IMG/VR virus record: IMGVR_UViG_3300046535_001151
Span: 12,272-76,271 of that record
Strand: one strand, 5' to 3'
Length of the DNA: 64,000 nucleotides
From: a virus
In this document: positions 47,146-57,381 of the stretch, in pieces
Layout of the letters: each line of letters opens with the position of its first letter
Numbering within the stretch: position 1 is the stretch's first letter
The notes under the pieces: generated by a model
Seen by the model: the letters and a program-made list of their open reading frames with translations, nothing else
Databases searched by the model: none
Told to the model about the DNA's origin: nothing
Program-made: the position numbers and the translations under genes

Positions 47146-47787
47146 CTAGCAGGGAAGAGCCGGGTCGGTGGCAATATGATACCGGTCTGGGGTCACGAAG
47201 CCGTCATCGACCCACTGCGGGGTGTTGTTCCCGCCCGGACCCGCATCCCCTAGCACTTTGAAAATGTGTCCATCGGGATAGCAGACCCGTGAGATCGAGT
47301 AGGTTTCCCCACCGCAGGTATAGATGTTGTCGCCACTGCCCTTCAGCAGGAGCCCGAGGGGGAAGGGGGTGCCGTTGATCACCTCCGCATTGAGCGCCCA
47401 CGCCACCCGCTGGACGAACTTGAAGATGGTTCCGGCACTGGTCGTATCCACCGGAGTCGCCGCCTGTACCACGAGGACCGTGTCGGCGTAGTGATCGGGA
47501 ATCGTCATCGATCCAGGCGGCGGTGGGAGCTGGCCTCCACCAGGGGTGACCGTGGTGGACTTCTTCGCTGCGGCCAGTTCGACCCGTCGGATATTCACGT
47601 TGTTCGTGGCGACTCCAGCCTGTACCTGCTGGAGGGCGGACTGGAGCTGGGTGATGGTCGTGGCCTGATCCGCGATCGTGGCGTTGTTGGTGTCGAAGAG
47701 ATCGGTGTGGCGGTGGAGCTGATCCCAGATCGCCCGGAGATTCTCGGGGCTGGGTTCGGTGTTGTAGTAGCGGCCCTTCTTCGCCAC
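47146..47787 (-). CDS. Virion protein with coiled coil and globular C-terminal domain
   Basis: Follows nozzle gene; heptad region, Pro/Gly linker. Confidence 0.6.
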   Translation of the reverse strand: MAKKGRYYNTEPSPENLRAIWDQLHRHTDLFDTNNATIADQATTITQLQSALQQVQAGVATNNVNIRRVELAAAKKSTTVTPGGGQLPPPPGSMTIPDHYADTVLVVQAATPVDTTSAGTIFKFVQRVAWALNAEVINGTPFPLGLLLKGSGDNIYTCGGETYSISRVCYPDGHIFKVLGDAGPGGNNTPQWVDDGFVTPDRYHIATDPALPC

Positions 47788-50700
47788 TAGGCACTCCCAC
47801 CATCACGAGCGGCGGCGACATCGGCGTTGGTCATCCCACGGGTGGGATCGAGATCATCATTCCCCCACGGATGCGTGATGACATCCTGTTCCGATCCCCA
47901 GGGCTGCATGCGGACGACGGATTCCTCCCGGTAGAGCCGGAAGGGCGCGGAGGCTGCGAAGTAGTACTTCCGCTTCACACCCTTGACCGGCAGGAAGGAG
48001 ATGTAGCGATCCAGCTTGGCCCCATCGGTCGAGGGGATCACATAGTTGTGCGATTCCACCGCGCCGTCTCCATCCTGACTCCGCTGAATGGAAAGCGTCA
48101 GGGTCACCTCGGTCGTCGAGACGAGCGTGATGTTCGCGTCGATCCACTGCTTGTAGCCGGGAACCCCGTCATCACCTTCTTGGGTCTGCCACACGGTGAG
48201 CGAGTAAGGCTCAGCGTCGAAGATACTGAGAATCGTATAGGGACGAGAGGGGTTCCCGTCGGTGGGATAGATCCGCAGTACACGACCGAGACGCTGGGTG
48301 GCCAGCGCATGATGGATGACTTGGCGCCCGGTGGTGTTGACGGAGAAGGTCTCCACAACTGTGCCGTCGAGATCGACCGTGACCGTTTTGTTCTGCCCAA
48401 AGGTATCCACCTCAAACAGGAACGCCTTGAACCATTTGTCTGCGAGTGTGCCGTGGACCGAGTAGCCCTGATTCCAGTTCGACTGCTCTGACGGCTCAGG
48501 GACGAGGAACCACTTGTGCCGGTAGAGCAGACCGATGTTCAGATCGGTGGCTTCGAAGTGGAACACATGCCCACGGCCCGCGAGGAAGGTCAGATGGATC
48601 CACTGACGGCCCACGGTGGTGACGGACCAGTACTGGAGACCGGTATATGGGTTGGTCAGGACGGATCCATCCACCGTGACCTTGACCCGCTTCTCCGCCC
48701 CGCCCGTGTCACAGTAGAGATCGAGCCCTGTGTAGTACTGATCCCCATCCGCCTCGTAGTGAATATCCCACGCCGCGATCCTCGGGGGTTCGTTGACCTT
48801 GATCCAGTCGGCCTGATAGAGGATCCACGCGATACAGTCATCGGTCGGGCGGATGCGGACCTTCCGTGCCTGCTGCCCGAGCCACGAGAAACTCAGCTTG
48901 TGCCGACCGTTGGCATTGACCAGCAGGGTGGCTACGGTGGTGACGAGTCCGTTGTAATCCTTCTCGATGATGATGGTCCGATCGATCCCACCGGTGTCAC
49001 AGTCGAACGTCACCCCGGTCAGGTAGAACTCATCGGGATGCCCGAGGTCGTCCCACTGGGTCATCCGGTTGAGGGTCTGATCGGGTTCGGGGATGTAGCT
49101 GATCCCCATGAAATAGAGCACCGGCCGACCTGTGCTCGATGACCACGAGATCGTAGTCGCCACGTTTCGTGCTCGCTGTGGAACAGTCCCGAAGCTGTCG
49201 AAGGTATAGCGCAGCCGTCCAGTCCCGGCATCGAAGGTCTGGGTCCCGTTGACCACGGTCTCATTGTTCAAGAGGGTGGTCAGGCTGAGAGTCGCGCCTT
49301 GGGGATCCGCATCCACGATCAGATCGCCGAGGAGCTTATCCTCTCGGGGACGATCCATGTCCCAGTCTTTAGTACGGATCGTACAGGTGATCGCCACTCC
49401 GTCGTCACTGAAGGCGGCAGGATCGTAGAGATAGGACTTGCCGGTCGTCAGCCCACCCACGAACAGTAGGGCTACTGGCGTGTCCTCATCCGGGAGGAGG
49501 TAGGTGGTCTGCTTCCCAAAGCTCCACGGCGTCCAGAACTTGAACAGGATCGCGTAGACGACCGTGTAGCGGTTGCCGTCCGTGCCTTGGTAGTGGAGGA
49601 ACAACTGATCCAAGTAGCAGGACAGGCGAATCGCGGTGGGCACCGTGAAGTCGATCGGTTGATACCCGTTCCACACCGTGCCACGGAACAGCGGCTGAAT
49701 ATCCAGTGAGATGATCTCTTCCACCCCGCCGCCGGTGTTGAAGATGCCGTCCTTCGCCACCCCGTAGATCCCCCCGAGACCGATCGCCCATGCCCAGCGA
49801 GAGACGATCCCTCTCCGGCAGGCGGTGGTGGTGGCGGTGACCTCGATGTCTCCAGTCAGGTTCGGGTAGATCGCGTAGAGGCGTTCACGGCTGAAGGTCA
49901 GTGGCTGCGGCCCATACATCAGGCCGGCCATCAACTCCTCGGAGGGGGAACACACCTCGAGATTGGATTCGGCTGGCCAGTGATCAGGCTCACCGGGAAT
50001 ACACCAGTAGAGATGACCGGGTCGGTTGGGATCACCCAGACCGAACAGCAGACCCTGAGCAGGTCCGAAGAGCACCGGGACTGGTTGGGCAAGGATGGTG
50101 TTGCCGTTCACATCCTGAGTCGGCACCGCTTCAAAATGATCGAGGTTGACGGTGCCTGCTGTGGAGACCTCATCATCCGAGAAGAGATCGAGATACGCCC
50201 CTCCGTCACTCGCGTTCACATCGACGAAGAACCAATCATCCACATTGGTCCCACCACGTCGGTAGATCCGCTGGCGAATCGCGGCATCTCCGTAGGCCGC
50301 AGGCTGGACGATGATCCCTCGGCGGATCGCATCGATGAACAGCGTCAGGTCGGTCTGCTCGTCGGTCGGATTCCCCTCCGCTCCTGTGCGCGGATCGTAG
50401 TTGGTGTAGCGGTAGTCGTAGGAGTTGACGCCCGGATCCATCGTGTCAGGACCCGCCCCACCAGTGAGCTTCCAGTCCTGCAGGGTGATCGAGGTCACCC
50501 CGGTGACATGATCCAGCACCGCGTAGAAGAGGATCAGCCCGGTGATGGTCGACCAGTCACAGCCGGGCGTGGTGCCGAACCGGCGGAAGTCACTCCTCCG
50601 CAGTGAATAGCCCACCGAGCCAAACTCGCGGACCTCATTGGAGATCGCCGCAGCCCGGAGGCTGATCGAGCGGAGATATTCGGCGGTGACGAAGGCATCG

Positions 50701-51827
50701 GTAGCCCGGCGAATCTGTCCCGCCTTCCCCTGTCCCACCGCGGCGAACCCACCAGGAATGTTCTGGGCGTTGGTGAGATTGGTCAGGGCGACCTGTCCAG
50801 CGAGGGTCAACTCGGCGTCAAGGGTAGCTTCGTCAGTGGACTGATAGGGATTCACGACTCGAGCGAAGGCATCCGGCACGAACGCCTTCATGTAGAAATC
50901 GGAGTTCAACCCACCGGAGTTCACCCCCGGCAGGACTTGTGGCGAGAAGTTGTTGCTGCAGACCAGATACAGCCGGACTTCCTTCACGAATTCGGGATTC
51001 ACCAGCTGGAGCTTGAGGTGCATCGCGTCTTCGTCATCGGCATCCTTGACCGTGCCAGTGCCGTTGGCCTTCAGTTTGGTGAGATCGAGGCTCTTGGCCA
51101 GCCCCCAGAAGGAGTACCAGCCGTCATTCGGAGTGGTCGCGGCCAGTCCGGGCGTGAGGAGGAACACCGAGTCGTCCACCATCGTTGGGACCCCGGTATG
51201 GACGGGCGCATTCCCCACGAGAGGATCTGGGAAGGTGTAGCCGGCGTTGGGTGTCCATGCTGTGGCATTGGTCGAGTCCACATGATCCACCCGGGCGATC
51301 TGGGTGAAGTATTCCGTGTCGAGAGACATCGTGGGGATCGTGGCCGGCGCCGGCAACCCAATCGGCACATCGAGGCCATCGACCCGCACCTTCCGCATCC
51401 GAGATCGATCCGCTACGAACATCCACGGAGCCCCAGAGAGCGGTGGACGATGCGGGAGGAGGACCAGTGGATCGCCCGAATAGCCCGTGTCGATGATCGC
51501 CACCGCACCCGACTGGCCGATGCGGAGATCCTGATCCGTCCCCCACAGGCGGGTGTAGGTGCTGTTCAGCGGATCACTGAGTCGTCGAACCGAGTGATGC
51601 TTGGTGCCACCAGTCGCGTAGGAGGAAAGTCCATATCTCGTAGTCGCCCCCCGATCCATCGTGTGGGTCAGGTTGGTGTGCAGTGCGAACTGACCAACCG
51701 GGATCTGGTCGGCTTGGTCTTTCATGTTCACGCCGCCCAATCCAAAAGGGTAGATCGCCGTCTGGAACGGAGACTGGTAGGGAGAGGTGGTAACCGGCAG
51801 CGCGTTCTGTGAGGCTTGCTCGGGCAT
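47787..51827 (-). CDS. Tail nozzle / tubular protein B-like
   Basis: ~1350 aa beta-rich; LGGVN start, LYWCIPGEPDHWP; follows adaptors. Confidence 0.65.
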   Translation of the reverse strand: MPEQASQNALPVTTSPYQSPFQTAIYPFGLGGVNMKDQADQIPVGQFALHTNLTHTMDRGATTRYGLSSYATGGTKHHSVRRLSDPLNSTYTRLWGTDQDLRIGQSGAVAIIDTGYSGDPLVLLPHRPPLSGAPWMFVADRSRMRKVRVDGLDVPIGLPAPATIPTMSLDTEYFTQIARVDHVDSTNATAWTPNAGYTFPDPLVGNAPVHTGVPTMVDDSVFLLTPGLAATTPNDGWYSFWGLAKSLDLTKLKANGTGTVKDADDEDAMHLKLQLVNPEFVKEVRLYLVCSNNFSPQVLPGVNSGGLNSDFYMKAFVPDAFARVVNPYQSTDEATLDAELTLAGQVALTNLTNAQNIPGGFAAVGQGKAGQIRRATDAFVTAEYLRSISLRAAAISNEVREFGSVGYSLRRSDFRRFGTTPGCDWSTITGLILFYAVLDHVTGVTSITLQDWKLTGGAGPDTMDPGVNSYDYRYTNYDPRTGAEGNPTDEQTDLTLFIDAIRRGIIVQPAAYGDAAIRQRIYRRGGTNVDDWFFVDVNASDGGAYLDLFSDDEVSTAGTVNLDHFEAVPTQDVNGNTILAQPVPVLFGPAQGLLFGLGDPNRPGHLYWCIPGEPDHWPAESNLEVCSPSEELMAGLMYGPQPLTFSRERLYAIYPNLTGDIEVTATTTACRRGIVSRWAWAIGLGGIYGVAKDGIFNTGGGVEEIISLDIQPLFRGTVWNGYQPIDFTVPTAIRLSCYLDQLFLHYQGTDGNRYTVVYAILFKFWTPWSFGKQTTYLLPDEDTPVALLFVGGLTTGKSYLYDPAAFSDDGVAITCTIRTKDWDMDRPREDKLLGDLIVDADPQGATLSLTTLLNNETVVNGTQTFDAGTGRLRYTFDSFGTVPQRARNVATTISWSSSTGRPVLYFMGISYIPEPDQTLNRMTQWDDLGHPDEFYLTGVTFDCDTGGIDRTIIIEKDYNGLVTTVATLLVNANGRHKLSFSWLGQQARKVRIRPTDDCIAWILYQADWIKVNEPPRIAAWDIHYEADGDQYYTGLDLYCDTGGAEKRVKVTVDGSVLTNPYTGLQYWSVTTVGRQWIHLTFLAGRGHVFHFEATDLNIGLLYRHKWFLVPEPSEQSNWNQGYSVHGTLADKWFKAFLFEVDTFGQNKTVTVDLDGTVVETFSVNTTGRQVIHHALATQRLGRVLRIYPTDGNPSRPYTILSIFDAEPYSLTVWQTQEGDDGVPGYKQWIDANITLVSTTEVTLTLSIQRSQDGDGAVESHNYVIPSTDGAKLDRYISFLPVKGVKRKYYFAASAPFRLYREESVVRMQPWGSEQDVITHPWGNDDLDPTRGMTNADVAAARDGGSA

Positions 51828-52465
51828 CAGCTCCAGCCTTCCAGCAGTTGGCGGCACGCCTGCACACAGAGATCATACCGTTGTTCACAATACTGGCTGC
51901 GACCCGGATCCTTCCCTCGGCCATCCTTGGAGAGCAGATCGGCGAGGACACCGTACTTGACGCCATGCCTGACCTCGTCAGGAACGGTGAGCAGGGTGCC
52001 TTCCCCTCCACATTCGTCACCGATCGGCACATACAGCAGTTCGATGGTTCCGTTCACATCCGGCTCGGGCGCGATGATGACCTGCAGATGATCGGCTTCC
52101 GTCTCGATGTAGACGAGCGGAGTGGACTGGGTGGATTCCCAGGTGGTGATGATTTGATCGGCTTCGAAGGTGGTCGAGCGGACCAGTTCCTGCACGACTC
52201 CGTCATCCCCTCGCCACACCAGATCGACCGAGTGGAGCCAGTCAGCAGGCAGCGCGACTCGGGAGGTGCCAGCGGTCACGGTGAGATTCGCGATCCCGAC
52301 CTGCAGCAGGGTGTCGAAGAGGAGCCGATCCTGCCGTTGGTTCAGCAGGCTGAGGACCTCCTCCTTCCGCCACAGACCCGAGGGCCACGAGATGCCACCG
52401 TCTGGAGGCTCGACCAGTGCCAACTGAATCTGACTGAGCAGAGCCTGATCGGTGATCTCAGACAT
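51827..52465 (-). CDS. Head-tail adaptor/ring protein
   Basis: WRKEEVLSLLN, LPADW, IAPEPD. Confidence 0.65.
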   Translation of the reverse strand: MSEITDQALLSQIQLALVEPPDGGISWPSGLWRKEEVLSLLNQRQDRLLFDTLLQVGIANLTVTAGTSRVALPADWLHSVDLVWRGDDGVVQELVRSTTFEADQIITTWESTQSTPLVYIETEADHLQVIIAPEPDVNGTIELLYVPIGDECGGEGTLLTVPDEVRHGVKYGVLADLLSKDGRGKDPGRSQYCEQRYDLCVQACRQLLEGWS

Positions 52466-53174
52466 TCCCACCAGCCTGACCTACTACAAGTGTAGTAGCG
52501 CCCCGCAATGGCTTCAGGTCTCGTCGATCGAGGCCCATGATCCTTCTGTAGACCTGCGAGGTTTTGATCTGCCCGTTCAACTCCGCGGCCTCTGAGAGGA
52601 AGGTCTGGAACAGGGGCATCGTCGATTGGAAGGCCGGACCACCCTTCTTGAACACGAGCGTGTGCTGGGCCATGCCGAGGAGGGTGGTCAGGAGTTCTTC
52701 ACCGGCATCCACGGTGTCAGAATCCTCGACGAGGCTCGGGGTGTCGGCCACGCCGTCCACGGTGAGGGTGTTCCCCCCTGCTGCGTCTGCTGGCCAGATG
52801 TAGAAGAGTTCCAGTGAGATCGGCGTCCACACGGTCGGTCTGGTCGGAACATCCCCTCCAGAGGTGGTGGTCTCAGACCGCCATGTGGGTCGAGCGTTGT
52901 TCAGGTCCATCCGGTTGCCCGGACTCATCGGGAGGTTGTTGAAGGTCATCCGCGTGCGGTAGAGCATGTCCGCGCTGAGGACGTAGTCATACTGCCCCGC
53001 CACGGTGGTGATCGTCTCGCGACGTTTCCAGTAGCCGGTGAGGAGATTCCACGTCTGACAGGTCTCGTTGAAGGCATCGGAGACCTCGTCGTCGGTCCAG
53101 AACCGTTTCAGCTCCAGCCGATCTTTCAGCCGCTGGCGAATCTCCGACCAGGTGAAGGTGGTGTAGCCAGCCAT
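52458..53174 (-). CDS. Head-tail adaptor/ring protein
   Basis: FWTDDEVSDAFNE, AGQYDYVL, IWPA. Confidence 0.65.
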   Translation of the reverse strand: MAGYTTFTWSEIRQRLKDRLELKRFWTDDEVSDAFNETCQTWNLLTGYWKRRETITTVAGQYDYVLSADMLYRTRMTFNNLPMSPGNRMDLNNARPTWRSETTTSGGDVPTRPTVWTPISLELFYIWPADAAGGNTLTVDGVADTPSLVEDSDTVDAGEELLTTLLGMAQHTLVFKKGGPAFQSTMPLFQTFLSEAAELNGQIKTSQVYRRIMGLDRRDLKPLRGATTLVVGQAGGNV

Positions 53175-53510
53175 CTACGGGACGATCGTCACAATAAGGC
53201 CGTCCTTGATCGTGAGAGTACTCGCGCCGGTCGCGGTTCCGGACACTCCGGGCGATCCATCACTCGACTTGAACGTGCTCGCCTGCAGGGTTACGGTCCC
53301 ACCAGTTGGAGGAGCGATGGTGAGATCAGGAGTATTCCCAGCTGTCAGGGTGGCGAAGGTTTTGTAGGCGGTGCCATCCACGTCATACGCCTGCAGGAGG
53401 GTGGTTTCGGCATTCGTGGGCTTCGTGCGAATGGCCGTGAAGACCTGCTGCACCGTCCAGGTGTTGAGGCGATCCAGCAGTCGGAGTACCTGTGCGGACA
53501 AGGTCGACAT
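53175..53510 (-). CDS. Short tail fibre/spike protein
   Basis: Thr-rich; ends with TLTIKDGLIVTI. Confidence 0.55.
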   Translation of the reverse strand: MSTLSAQVLRLLDRLNTWTVQQVFTAIRTKPTNAETTLLQAYDVDGTAYKTFATLTAGNTPDLTIAPPTGGTVTLQASTFKSSDGSPGVSGTATGASTLTIKDGLIVTIVP

Positions 53511-53537
53511 CAGCCCTCCTGTAGGCCAGTAGTATAG

Positions 53538-55667
53538 CTAGAGTTGGTCGGCACAGCCATTGGGACCTGCGACCGGGAGGAGACCGAGACCGGCGGGACA
53601 GCCGTTGGGTCCCGGAATAGGTGGCGTGCTACCCACTCGCATCACCCAGATCGGACACGACTCTGATGCCCCAAACCGGGCCGTCGGGGCAATCGTGATC
53701 TGGGGGAGAAAAGCCGCATTGGTATCTACACCGGGGGCGTATCGAGCGAACTCATAGTTTGGGATGAGACTTCCCGTACTGGAGATCGTGGATCCGTCAC
53801 TCGCCTTGATGTTGCGGTATTCGCTGAAGCCGCTTCCCGTAAACGCCGAGATAAAGAAGAACGCCTGCTGAATCCACGCCCAGTAGGAGTTCGGATCATC
53901 AAGGGCATGACAGAGTCGGTCGAGGATGTGGCTCACCGCGACTGAACTCACCAAGGCCCCAGCTGGTGTGTACACGTTAATCAAGGCGTCGTGGTTGTTC
54001 TTGACGAAGGGCACTACGATATTCCCATCCGCGAGGACGAGGATGTCGCAGGCCCCCCCGGAGATGTTCGGTCGGGTTTTGTAGCCTGCTGGAGCAGCAA
54101 CGAGATCCGAGAGAGCCACGTTGTTGACGAGATCCCACCGATGAATGTCATTGTCGGTGGCTGAGCCGACGGTGTAGTAGAGGATCGTGTTATCCCGCGA
54201 GACTGCCATCCCGAAGAAGGTCGATCCGGTAATGGCCACATCCCAGATCGTCGCACCAGGAAGACCCGTGGTGGGACTGATGGTAGTGACCTTGGCGACG
54301 GTGGCACTGAACGCTTGGCCGACGTAGAAGAGACCGACCTGATCACTGGTGATGATGAAGCCGTTATTGGGAAGTGGCGGGACCGCAATCTTGCTATAGA
54401 GCAGATTCAAGCTCGCGTCATACATGAACAGGTATTCGTGACTGTCGGTCGCGTCGTTCGATCCACTGATGAGGAGCGTCCCATCTGTGAGAATGTTCGA
54501 GTTGTTCGCGACAGGGAAGTCGTTGACGAACTTGATCGGCTGTCCCGTGAGCGGATCAAGGATCGCCAACGGTAAGCCGAACTCCCCATCAATATCGTCA
54601 GGAATCGCCAACGACCCCGCAGGGATCGTTGAAATATCTGGTGCGCGGAGGCCCGTATAGAGCAGCACCGCTGGCGTGACGGCCGTCCCCCCGTGGGAAT
54701 GCACCAAGAAGTAGTAAGTATGACCGGAGAATACCGGCACCTGGATCGGCGCGTTGAAGTTGCTGCCATTGACGAAGACGATATAGGCGATGTTCGCGTT
54801 TGCATTGGCGAGGCCATCGTAGACAAAGGTTTCGGGGATGTAGCCGGTGTTGAACGTACCGTAGTTGCACAAGCCAATGACGGTGTCGGTCGCAATCGCG
54901 GTGTACTTGAACCACACATCGTGGGTGGTGGTGTCACGGACGTTCTCCACGAAGGCGCAGGGAAGGTCTACGAGGTCGACCGCCGTGGCTGGAGTCAGGT
55001 TGGGGATGCCACTGACGAGGGTAGGGCCAGCGTAGGTCGAGGCTGATCCGACCAGCGTCCAATCCCGCCCATTCCCAGAGACGTCAGCGAGATCAGCGGG
55101 GCCGGTCAGGGGTGTATCGCAGAACGGGGTTGCGTGGACCGCTGTCGCGGAGCACATTTCCGCTTTGATCTCGGTCGCCGTGAGCTTCGCCTGGAAGGAT
55201 CGGTAATACGTGAAGGCGATCCCGGAGCCAACGCCAGCCGCGTCGAACCCGAGTCGCTCAGCCGCAAACGTCACCGCACTCAAATCGACAGCCGTGGCTG
55301 CCTGAAAGGAGTTCCCATTCATGAAGTAGGTAGCGACGTGCGTGGCGCCATCGTAGGTGACGGCGACGTGCGAGTAGATGGTGGCGACCTGCGTTGCGTT
55401 ATTCGTCACGCTGCTAGCGGGAACGTTGTTCTGCGTCTTGAGGGAGAAGTTGTCGCTGAGGGCGGCGGTCGCAGCTGCGTTGGAGCCAATCCGCGCATAC
55501 CCGACGGCATAGGTATCGTCCCCCAACACCCACGCCGTACGATTGACGCTGTTGTAGGGCGTGGTGAGCACTGCCCAGAACATCACCGTGAAGTCGCTGC
55601 CAGTATTGAGGAAGCTCCCCGTTGTCCGAGCCAGCCCGCTGCTACTGGCCGTGAAGCCAATCGCCAT
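53538..55667 (-). CDS. Tail protein with LamG-like and beta-propeller-like domains
   Basis: FTVMFW, SHVAVTYD...YFMNG, DVSGNGR; repeated beta blades. Confidence 0.7.
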   Translation of the reverse strand: MAIGFTASSSGLARTTGSFLNTGSDFTVMFWAVLTTPYNSVNRTAWVLGDDTYAVGYARIGSNAAATAALSDNFSLKTQNNVPASSVTNNATQVATIYSHVAVTYDGATHVATYFMNGNSFQAATAVDLSAVTFAAERLGFDAAGVGSGIAFTYYRSFQAKLTATEIKAEMCSATAVHATPFCDTPLTGPADLADVSGNGRDWTLVGSASTYAGPTLVSGIPNLTPATAVDLVDLPCAFVENVRDTTTHDVWFKYTAIATDTVIGLCNYGTFNTGYIPETFVYDGLANANANIAYIVFVNGSNFNAPIQVPVFSGHTYYFLVHSHGGTAVTPAVLLYTGLRAPDISTIPAGSLAIPDDIDGEFGLPLAILDPLTGQPIKFVNDFPVANNSNILTDGTLLISGSNDATDSHEYLFMYDASLNLLYSKIAVPPLPNNGFIITSDQVGLFYVGQAFSATVAKVTTISPTTGLPGATIWDVAITGSTFFGMAVSRDNTILYYTVGSATDNDIHRWDLVNNVALSDLVAAPAGYKTRPNISGGACDILVLADGNIVVPFVKNNHDALINVYTPAGALVSSVAVSHILDRLCHALDDPNSYWAWIQQAFFFISAFTGSGFSEYRNIKASDGSTISSTGSLIPNYEFARYAPGVDTNAAFLPQITIAPTARFGASESCPIWVMRVGSTPPIPGPNGCPAGLGLLPVAGPNGCADQL

Positions 55668-56063
55668 CTACGCCACAACCGGCAACTGCCGCACGTTCAG
55701 CACGATCGTCCTCGATCCCACTTTGCCTGACCCCCACGTCCACCGGAAGAAGGCATAGTGATGCTCGTAGGGCACGGTGTTGATCAGCGTGGTATCCGCC
55801 GCTTGGATCGACCAGACCAGCGCCCCGAGCGCACTGACCGTCACGTTGTTGGTGTTCTTCACATTCTGGGCCTGACGGATGTAGGTGATCGTCCCATCGT
55901 CGTTGATCACATACAAACTCAAGGTCAGCGTCGTCAGAGATGCCGCTGGGAGTGCGACCGGTGGATCGCTGTCATCCACCACGGTGGCTCTGTAGGTCGG
56001 GGTGGTGAGTTCATCGACCTCGTAGACCGGATCGGGAATCGGTGGCGGGAGTATGTCAGTCAT
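55668..56063 (-). CDS. BppU-like tail/baseplate domain protein
   Basis: LVWSIQAADT...FRWTW pattern. Confidence 0.5.
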   Translation of the reverse strand: MTDILPPPIPDPVYEVDELTTPTYRATVVDDSDPPVALPAASLTTLTLSLYVINDDGTITYIRQAQNVKNTNNVTVSALGALVWSIQAADTTLINTVPYEHHYAFFRWTWGSGKVGSRTIVLNVRQLPVVA

Positions 56064-56635
56064 CAGCAGACGTCCTCAGCTGACAGGGTGGAGATCGTCA
56101 GCGATTCATCGATCAGGGTGGACGAGAGGGTCGAGTCGTCGATCAACGTGGAGGTGAGCAGCGATTCATCCACGAACTGAATACAGCCCACCCCGTCGAG
56201 GATCACGAGCGGTGGGGTGACGTAGACCTCTCCACCTTCTGGAACCCTCCGCTTCCGCTGAATGAAGGCAGGAAACGAGGGTCGCCAGCCACCACGGATC
56301 GGGATGTTCGCCTGCTCCCCGTAGTTGGGATCCGCATAGAACTGACGCTGGGTCACCGAGAGCTTCGATCGCTTCAGGGTGTCGGGGAAGTGGGGCAGCC
56401 AGCGGACATCCACGCCGTCCGGTCCTAACCACAAGGCGAAGGACTGCTGCAGATCAGGCGTCTGCCGGCGACGGATCCGCATCCGGTCTGGGTAGGTCGG
56501 GTGCCATGTGAGTTCAGTCGGTGGTGGTGGAATCGGAATCGGGATGAAGTTGCTGACCGTGGAGAAGGTCTGCCGACTCACCTGTGATCGCTTGTGGACC
56601 GGATCGGGATAGACCGGCAGCCAGTCTAGCGCCAC
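56063..56635 (-). CDS. Hypothetical protein with WxPx[YF]P repeats
   Basis: WLPVYPD, WHPTYPD, WLPHFPD, WRPSFPA. Confidence 0.6.
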   Translation of the reverse strand: MALDWLPVYPDPVHKRSQVSRQTFSTVSNFIPIPIPPPPTELTWHPTYPDRMRIRRRQTPDLQQSFALWLGPDGVDVRWLPHFPDTLKRSKLSVTQRQFYADPNYGEQANIPIRGGWRPSFPAFIQRKRRVPEGGEVYVTPPLVILDGVGCIQFVDESLLTSTLIDDSTLSSTLIDESLTISTLSAEDVC

Positions 56636-56877
56636 AGCCCCCTCACACGGAGGAAGGCTTGATGCACCCGCCAGCCGAGCCACTGCTTCAGCCGACGATA
56701 CCGGGCGGGGAAGGTCCGCGATTCCAGATAGGCAATCCGGCCGGTCAAGTGGCGAATTTCCATCTCCAGCAGGCTGAGATGAATCTCGATCGGTTCAGGG
56801 ACGGACATCCCGAGGAGGAGGTCCCCGAGGACCATCCCGGATCCAACCCGCAGGGGGGCGTTGCCTTGATCGAACAC
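56626..56877 (-). CDS. Hypothetical protein
   Basis: Coupled to neighbours. Confidence 0.5.
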   Translation of the reverse strand: MFDQGNAPLRVGSGMVLGDLLLGMSVPEPIEIHLSLLEMEIRHLTGRIAYLESRTFPARYRRLKQWLGWRVHQAFLRVRGLWR

Positions 56878-57212
56878 TACGTCACCAGAATCGTGACGAC
56901 GACACCTTCATTCGCGAAGTCCGCGTCCACCCAGAAATCCCGCAGTTGGATCCCGCCCGGCGACATGGTCAGGGCCGCGGAGAAGGTCGGGATGAAGTTG
57001 GTCGTCGGCACCGCGAGGAAGGCGTAGACATCCGTGGAGGCCGCTTTGCTGACGTTCGCGTTGCCAATGTAGATTTTCCCGAGGTTGCCGGGAAGGGCCT
57101 GGATGAGGACCCCGTGACAGCCTTGGGATCGATCAGGATCCGGCTCGATCGACGTCACGCGGACGGGACTCCCGGGGATCGGGACGAGGAGTTTTCGATA
57201 GGCGCGGATCAT
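56877..57212 (-). CDS. Small beta-rich virion protein
   Basis: IQALPGNLGKIYIG, LRDFWVD. Confidence 0.65.
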   Translation of the reverse strand: MIRAYRKLLVPIPGSPVRVTSIEPDPDRSQGCHGVLIQALPGNLGKIYIGNANVSKAASTDVYAFLAVPTTNFIPTFSAALTMSPGGIQLRDFWVDADFANEGVVVTILVT

Positions 57213-57216
57213 CGAG

Positions 57217-57381
57217 TTACCACGGGTTCCATCCTCCAATACTCGGGACGCTCGTCACGCCCATCGATTCCTTCGTGCCGAGATGAATGACCTCATCCGT
57301 GCCCCCTCCACCAACGGGCGGTGGGATGAAGACGAAGGCGTAGAAGGCGAAGTAGCCACCGCCGAAGGGATAGCCACCCAT
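57217..57381 (-). CDS. Small Gly/aromatic-rich protein
   Basis: Own translation MGGYPFGGGYFAFYAF...GGWNPW (54 aa); TGATG-coupled. Confidence 0.5.
   Translation of the reverse strand: MGGYPFGGGYFAFYAFVFIPPPVGGGGTDEVIHLGTKESMGVTSVPSIGGWNPW

Noticed and set aside
52481-52498. CTACTACA-AG-TGTAGTAG inverted repeat
   Set aside because: Lies within a CDS, 2-nt loop, no U-tract, single occurrence
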